Assembly (NCBI GenBank): GCA_028023455.1
Contig: JAQFVV010000004.1
Location: 20,026,001 to 20,090,000, forward strand
Reading direction: 5' to 3'
DNA from: Epiperipatus broadwayi
Lineage: Eukaryota > Animalia > Onychophora
DNA length: 64,000 bases
Shown: positions 63,101 to 64,000 of the stretch, in pieces
How the letters are laid out: every line of letters starts with the position of its first letter
How positions within the stretch are numbered: the stretch's first letter is position 1
The notes under the pieces: generated by a model
Databases searched by the model: none
What the model was told of the DNA's origin: nothing
Seen by the model: only the letters and a program-made list of their open reading frames with translations
Made by a program: the position numbers and the translations under genes

Positions 63101-64000
63101 TTTATCTCTGTGTCTCCACTGAGCTAGTGACTTGGGCTAACGATCTGAATATTTAAATAAAGTGGAATCTTAACAGCGCGTATCTGCCTACTCTATAAAT
63201 TTTTCTAGGTTTAAATGCCTAGATGGCGCCTTGTAGAGCAGATATCGTAGTTTGCGGTTAGATTCGATCTTCACTTGCATTTTGATCGTTATACCATGAA
63301 CCCACAAAAGTAAAAACAGTCAATACAGAATTCATACCAACTTGTGGATCATCGAGTCAATCCCCACTGATCATATCTATGAATGCAACCCTACTCAATC
63401 ACTAACCAACAATCCAAATTTTGGACTCAAATAAGCTAACACCTCATCAAGAGAGTGAATACTTATTAACTACAACCCTGAAAGTGATCACATTCAATCA
63501 ATAAACACCAAATACCACAATAATCCAAATAGTAACACAGATAACGCCAAAAAACAACAGCAGACAGAGTGATACCCCTCAACTATCACATGCAGAAATT
63601 AATATCGAAAAGAAACATCAGTCAAATATCACTGATGACATTTCCAAAAACTTGCAATTTAATCTTGAATTTGAACACATCTTCAATTCCTAAGACATAA
63701 GTCTCCAATAAAGACCATTTTACAAATCCACCCTCCCCTCCAGATCTATCATCTATACCATCAAACAAAAATATCATCATTCAACATCTGAGGCTTAAAC
63801 TCAGTCAGAAAAAATTACCAAATAAATAAATGAATACAATTCTTGTCACCACATATCCTTGGCATCCTGGGGACAAAGATCTATAGTGGATCTCAAATTG
63901 ACCCACCCATTTATCTAAGTGCACAAGGTTTTTGTGCTTTCTCCAAAAGCTCATCACCAGCAGCCAGTTCTGGGTTCATTATAAAGTGAGATTGTGCTTT

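Noticed and set aside
1-64000. CRISPR array, prokaryotic operon or rRNA genes; also the many 60-90 aa AT-rich ORFs
   Set aside because: No regularly spaced repeat-spacer array or rRNA-like sequence. Spliceosomal introns and eukaryotic TEs show this is animal DNA, and the short ORFs have no recognisable motifs.

Overview
Very AT-rich animal genomic DNA, probably arthropod (inference from the kinase sequence and repeat content). The only host-gene sequence I can support is two minus-strand exons (36726-36846 and 3244-3394) that splice in frame into a receptor tyrosine kinase domain, most like the Venus kinase receptor (VKR). They are separated by a 33.3-kb intron, and the rest of the window is also intronic. 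The introns hold a Tigger/pogo relic, a hAT (Blackjack-like) element, a pogo/Tc2-like non-autonomous element, LINE relics, a tRNA-Gly(TCC)-derived SINE, two Ty3/gypsy LTR elements (one full length with a 5-bp TSD) and an 18-kb nest of Penelope-like elements (PLEs; RT plus GIY-YIG). The main result of the hunt is a hammerhead-ribozyme (HHR) system. (i) Three diverged PLE families carry a minimal type I HHR just 3' of the GIY-YIG ORF whose core reads AUGANUA rather than CUGANGA, an A3-U8 compensatory swap of the tertiary 3-8 pair. (ii) A dispersed family of 130-550 bp non-coding elements has 10-15 bp target-site duplications, a shared ATCACGTGAT-type terminus and frequent fold-back (hairpin) structure, and several members carry minimal HHRs with C3-G8 or U3-A8 cores. 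These look like PLE-mobilised, retrozyme-like passengers. All alignments, folds and counts were done by eye; none of the ribozymes has been tested.
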